From: Oopsacas minuta
Lineage: Eukaryota; Animalia; Porifera
DNA length: 64,000 nucleotides
Assembly: GCA_024704765.1 (NCBI GenBank)
Contig: JAKMXF010000210.1
Span: 372,001 to 436,000 of the forward strand
Direction: 5' to 3'
Part shown: positions 62,704 through 64,000 of the stretch, piece after piece
Layout: each line of letters opens with the position of its first letter
Numbering within the stretch: position 1 is the first letter of the stretch
The notes under the pieces: model-generated
Told to the model about the DNA's origin: nothing
Databases searched by the model: none
Seen by the model: only the letters and a program-made list of their open reading frames with translations
Made by a program: the position numbers and the translations under genes

Positions 62704-63509
62704 ATGTCTGCCACATATCAAGATGAAGACTCTCTCAAGGCTCTGATGCCAATCGATCCCATCCCTCCCCCTCCTATTGCTACCTTCTATTCCGAAAAGG
62801 CAGAGAGACAAGGCCTCAAGCGTATCAAGGGATTCAGTCTGGTGTCTGGCGTCTGGCTATTGTCAACTTTCTTCCTGGTGATTGGTCACGCAATCAGCCT
62901 TGGTTTCCCTCACTGGATTGCTCAGACAGAAGCAGTGCTATCTCCTAACCCAGCTAAAGTTGGTATTGTAGGTTTGGAGTACACACCAAATGACATCCTT
63001 CAGTATATATCCTACCTATCCCTAGACGGTGCAGACCTGGGTAATACTATTTTTCAATATTATTAATTTATAGTAGCAGTATTTCATATTACATATATTT
63101 AGCTTCAACTGATGTCCCTGGTGCCTTTACTGCTACAGCTGTTCTCTACTGTACTGGCAGTGCTGTACTATTCCTGTCTGGAATATTTATCATTATCGGG
63201 ATGCTGATACCTAAGATACGCGCTCTTAACAACTTCTCAATATTTGCAATCAGTTATGTATTACAGTTAATATCTCTCATTACTCTAATTGTCGGTCTTA
63301 TTGTGTACCCGATTGGTTTTGGGAATACTTTCGTTACTCAGTTCTGCTTTACCTCCACGCCCTTCAACACTGGAACCTGTATTATTGACTGGGCTTACAT
63401 CCTTGGTATGGTTTTCACTGCGGCTACATCATTTCTACCCCCGCTTGCTATTTTCTCAATGAACGTAGTAGACGATCTCCCCTTCATATGTGCTAAGCCT
63501 AACTTCTAA
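62704..63509 (+). CDS. LHFPL-family tetraspan membrane protein (exons 62704-63040, 63103-63509)
   Basis: Four hydrophobic helices, FPHWI, LIVYPIGFG..FC..PFNTGTCIIDWAYILG. Confidence 0.75.
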
Positions 63510-63828
63510 TAGGTAACCCTTTCACTATCATGACTTCTCTCTTATTTATTTTTCTATACTCTTTTTCCTTATATATGTCTAACTTTGAATTCTTACCTTT
63601 CTTACTCATTTTCACTAATAGCATTTATTATAGAATAAATTTACTTATATTTATTTAAAGTATCTTATAGTCACCACGTATTAACGTACTAACGTATTAA
63701 TGAAGTAATGTTAAATGAGGAAGCATTGAAGGGGGATAATAGCTAATAATGCGTGCTTACTTAACCTAGCCTCTCACTTCATCGTATATAATTAATGTAA
63801 TATAGATTAGAACTAATTAGGAATTTTA

Positions 63829-64000
63829 ATGGCATCAAAAGCTGAGGAATTCTCTCTACCAATGGCCTGCATAAATCGTATTATCAAGGAAAGCCTGCCT
63901 GATGGTACTATTGTCTCTAAAGAAGCTAAGTTAGCTTTAATGAAAGCTACATGTGTTTTTATACTTTACTCTACTTCAGTTAGTAACGAATTTGCTTCAA
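63829..64000 (+). CDS. POLE3: DNA polymerase epsilon subunit 3 / CHRAC17 histone-fold protein (3' partial)
   Basis: Not in the ORF track. Translates MASKAEEFSLPMACINRIIKESLPDGTIVSKEAKLALMKATCVFILYSTSVSNEFAS. Confidence 0.85.
   Translation, partial: MASKAEEFSLPMACINRIIKESLPDGTIVSKEAKLALMKATCVFILYSTSVSNEFAS

Overview
Eukaryotic, AT-rich, very gene-dense animal DNA with about 30 protein-coding genes. Most introns are 50-80 nt GT-AG, many genes are intronless, and spacers are often 80-300 nt. Gene content and compactness suggest a sponge, plausibly a glass sponge (Hexactinellida); this is inference only. Gene order: LRR-RRM protein (5' partial), ECT2L hosting a nested antisense coiled-coil gene, a small candidate gene, KCTD, two tandem Ras-like GTPases, ornithine decarboxylase antizyme, PSME3, HACL1, a Tyr/Pro-rich protein, ZNF598, ICT1/MRPL58, FoxP, MGLL, PRPF6, DCXR, CXXC1-like, AK2, SNX13, ASTE1-like, SNX25, C1orf74-like, cyclin J, UQCRB, a divergent beta-tubulin hosting a nested NDUFAF4-like gene, intronless PRPF8, an ankyrin-PH protein with a poly-Asn (AAT)n tract across an assembly gap, ZDHHC3/7, an LHFPL-family protein and POLE3 (3' partial). 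The main leads are: (1) an antizyme lacking the canonical UCC-UGA +1 frameshift site, with an in-frame UCC-GAU at the expected position and alternative candidate shift sites upstream; (2) a beta-tubulin whose taxane/epothilone pocket is extensively remodelled; (3) long co-oriented gene arrays with splice-acceptor-like TAGs just before the start codons, as expected for operons resolved by SL trans-splicing; (4) two nested antisense genes; (5) a CFP1 lacking its CXXC domain. All exon structures and alignments were read by eye; no searches were run. No tRNA, rRNA, CRISPR array or intact transposon was recognised.
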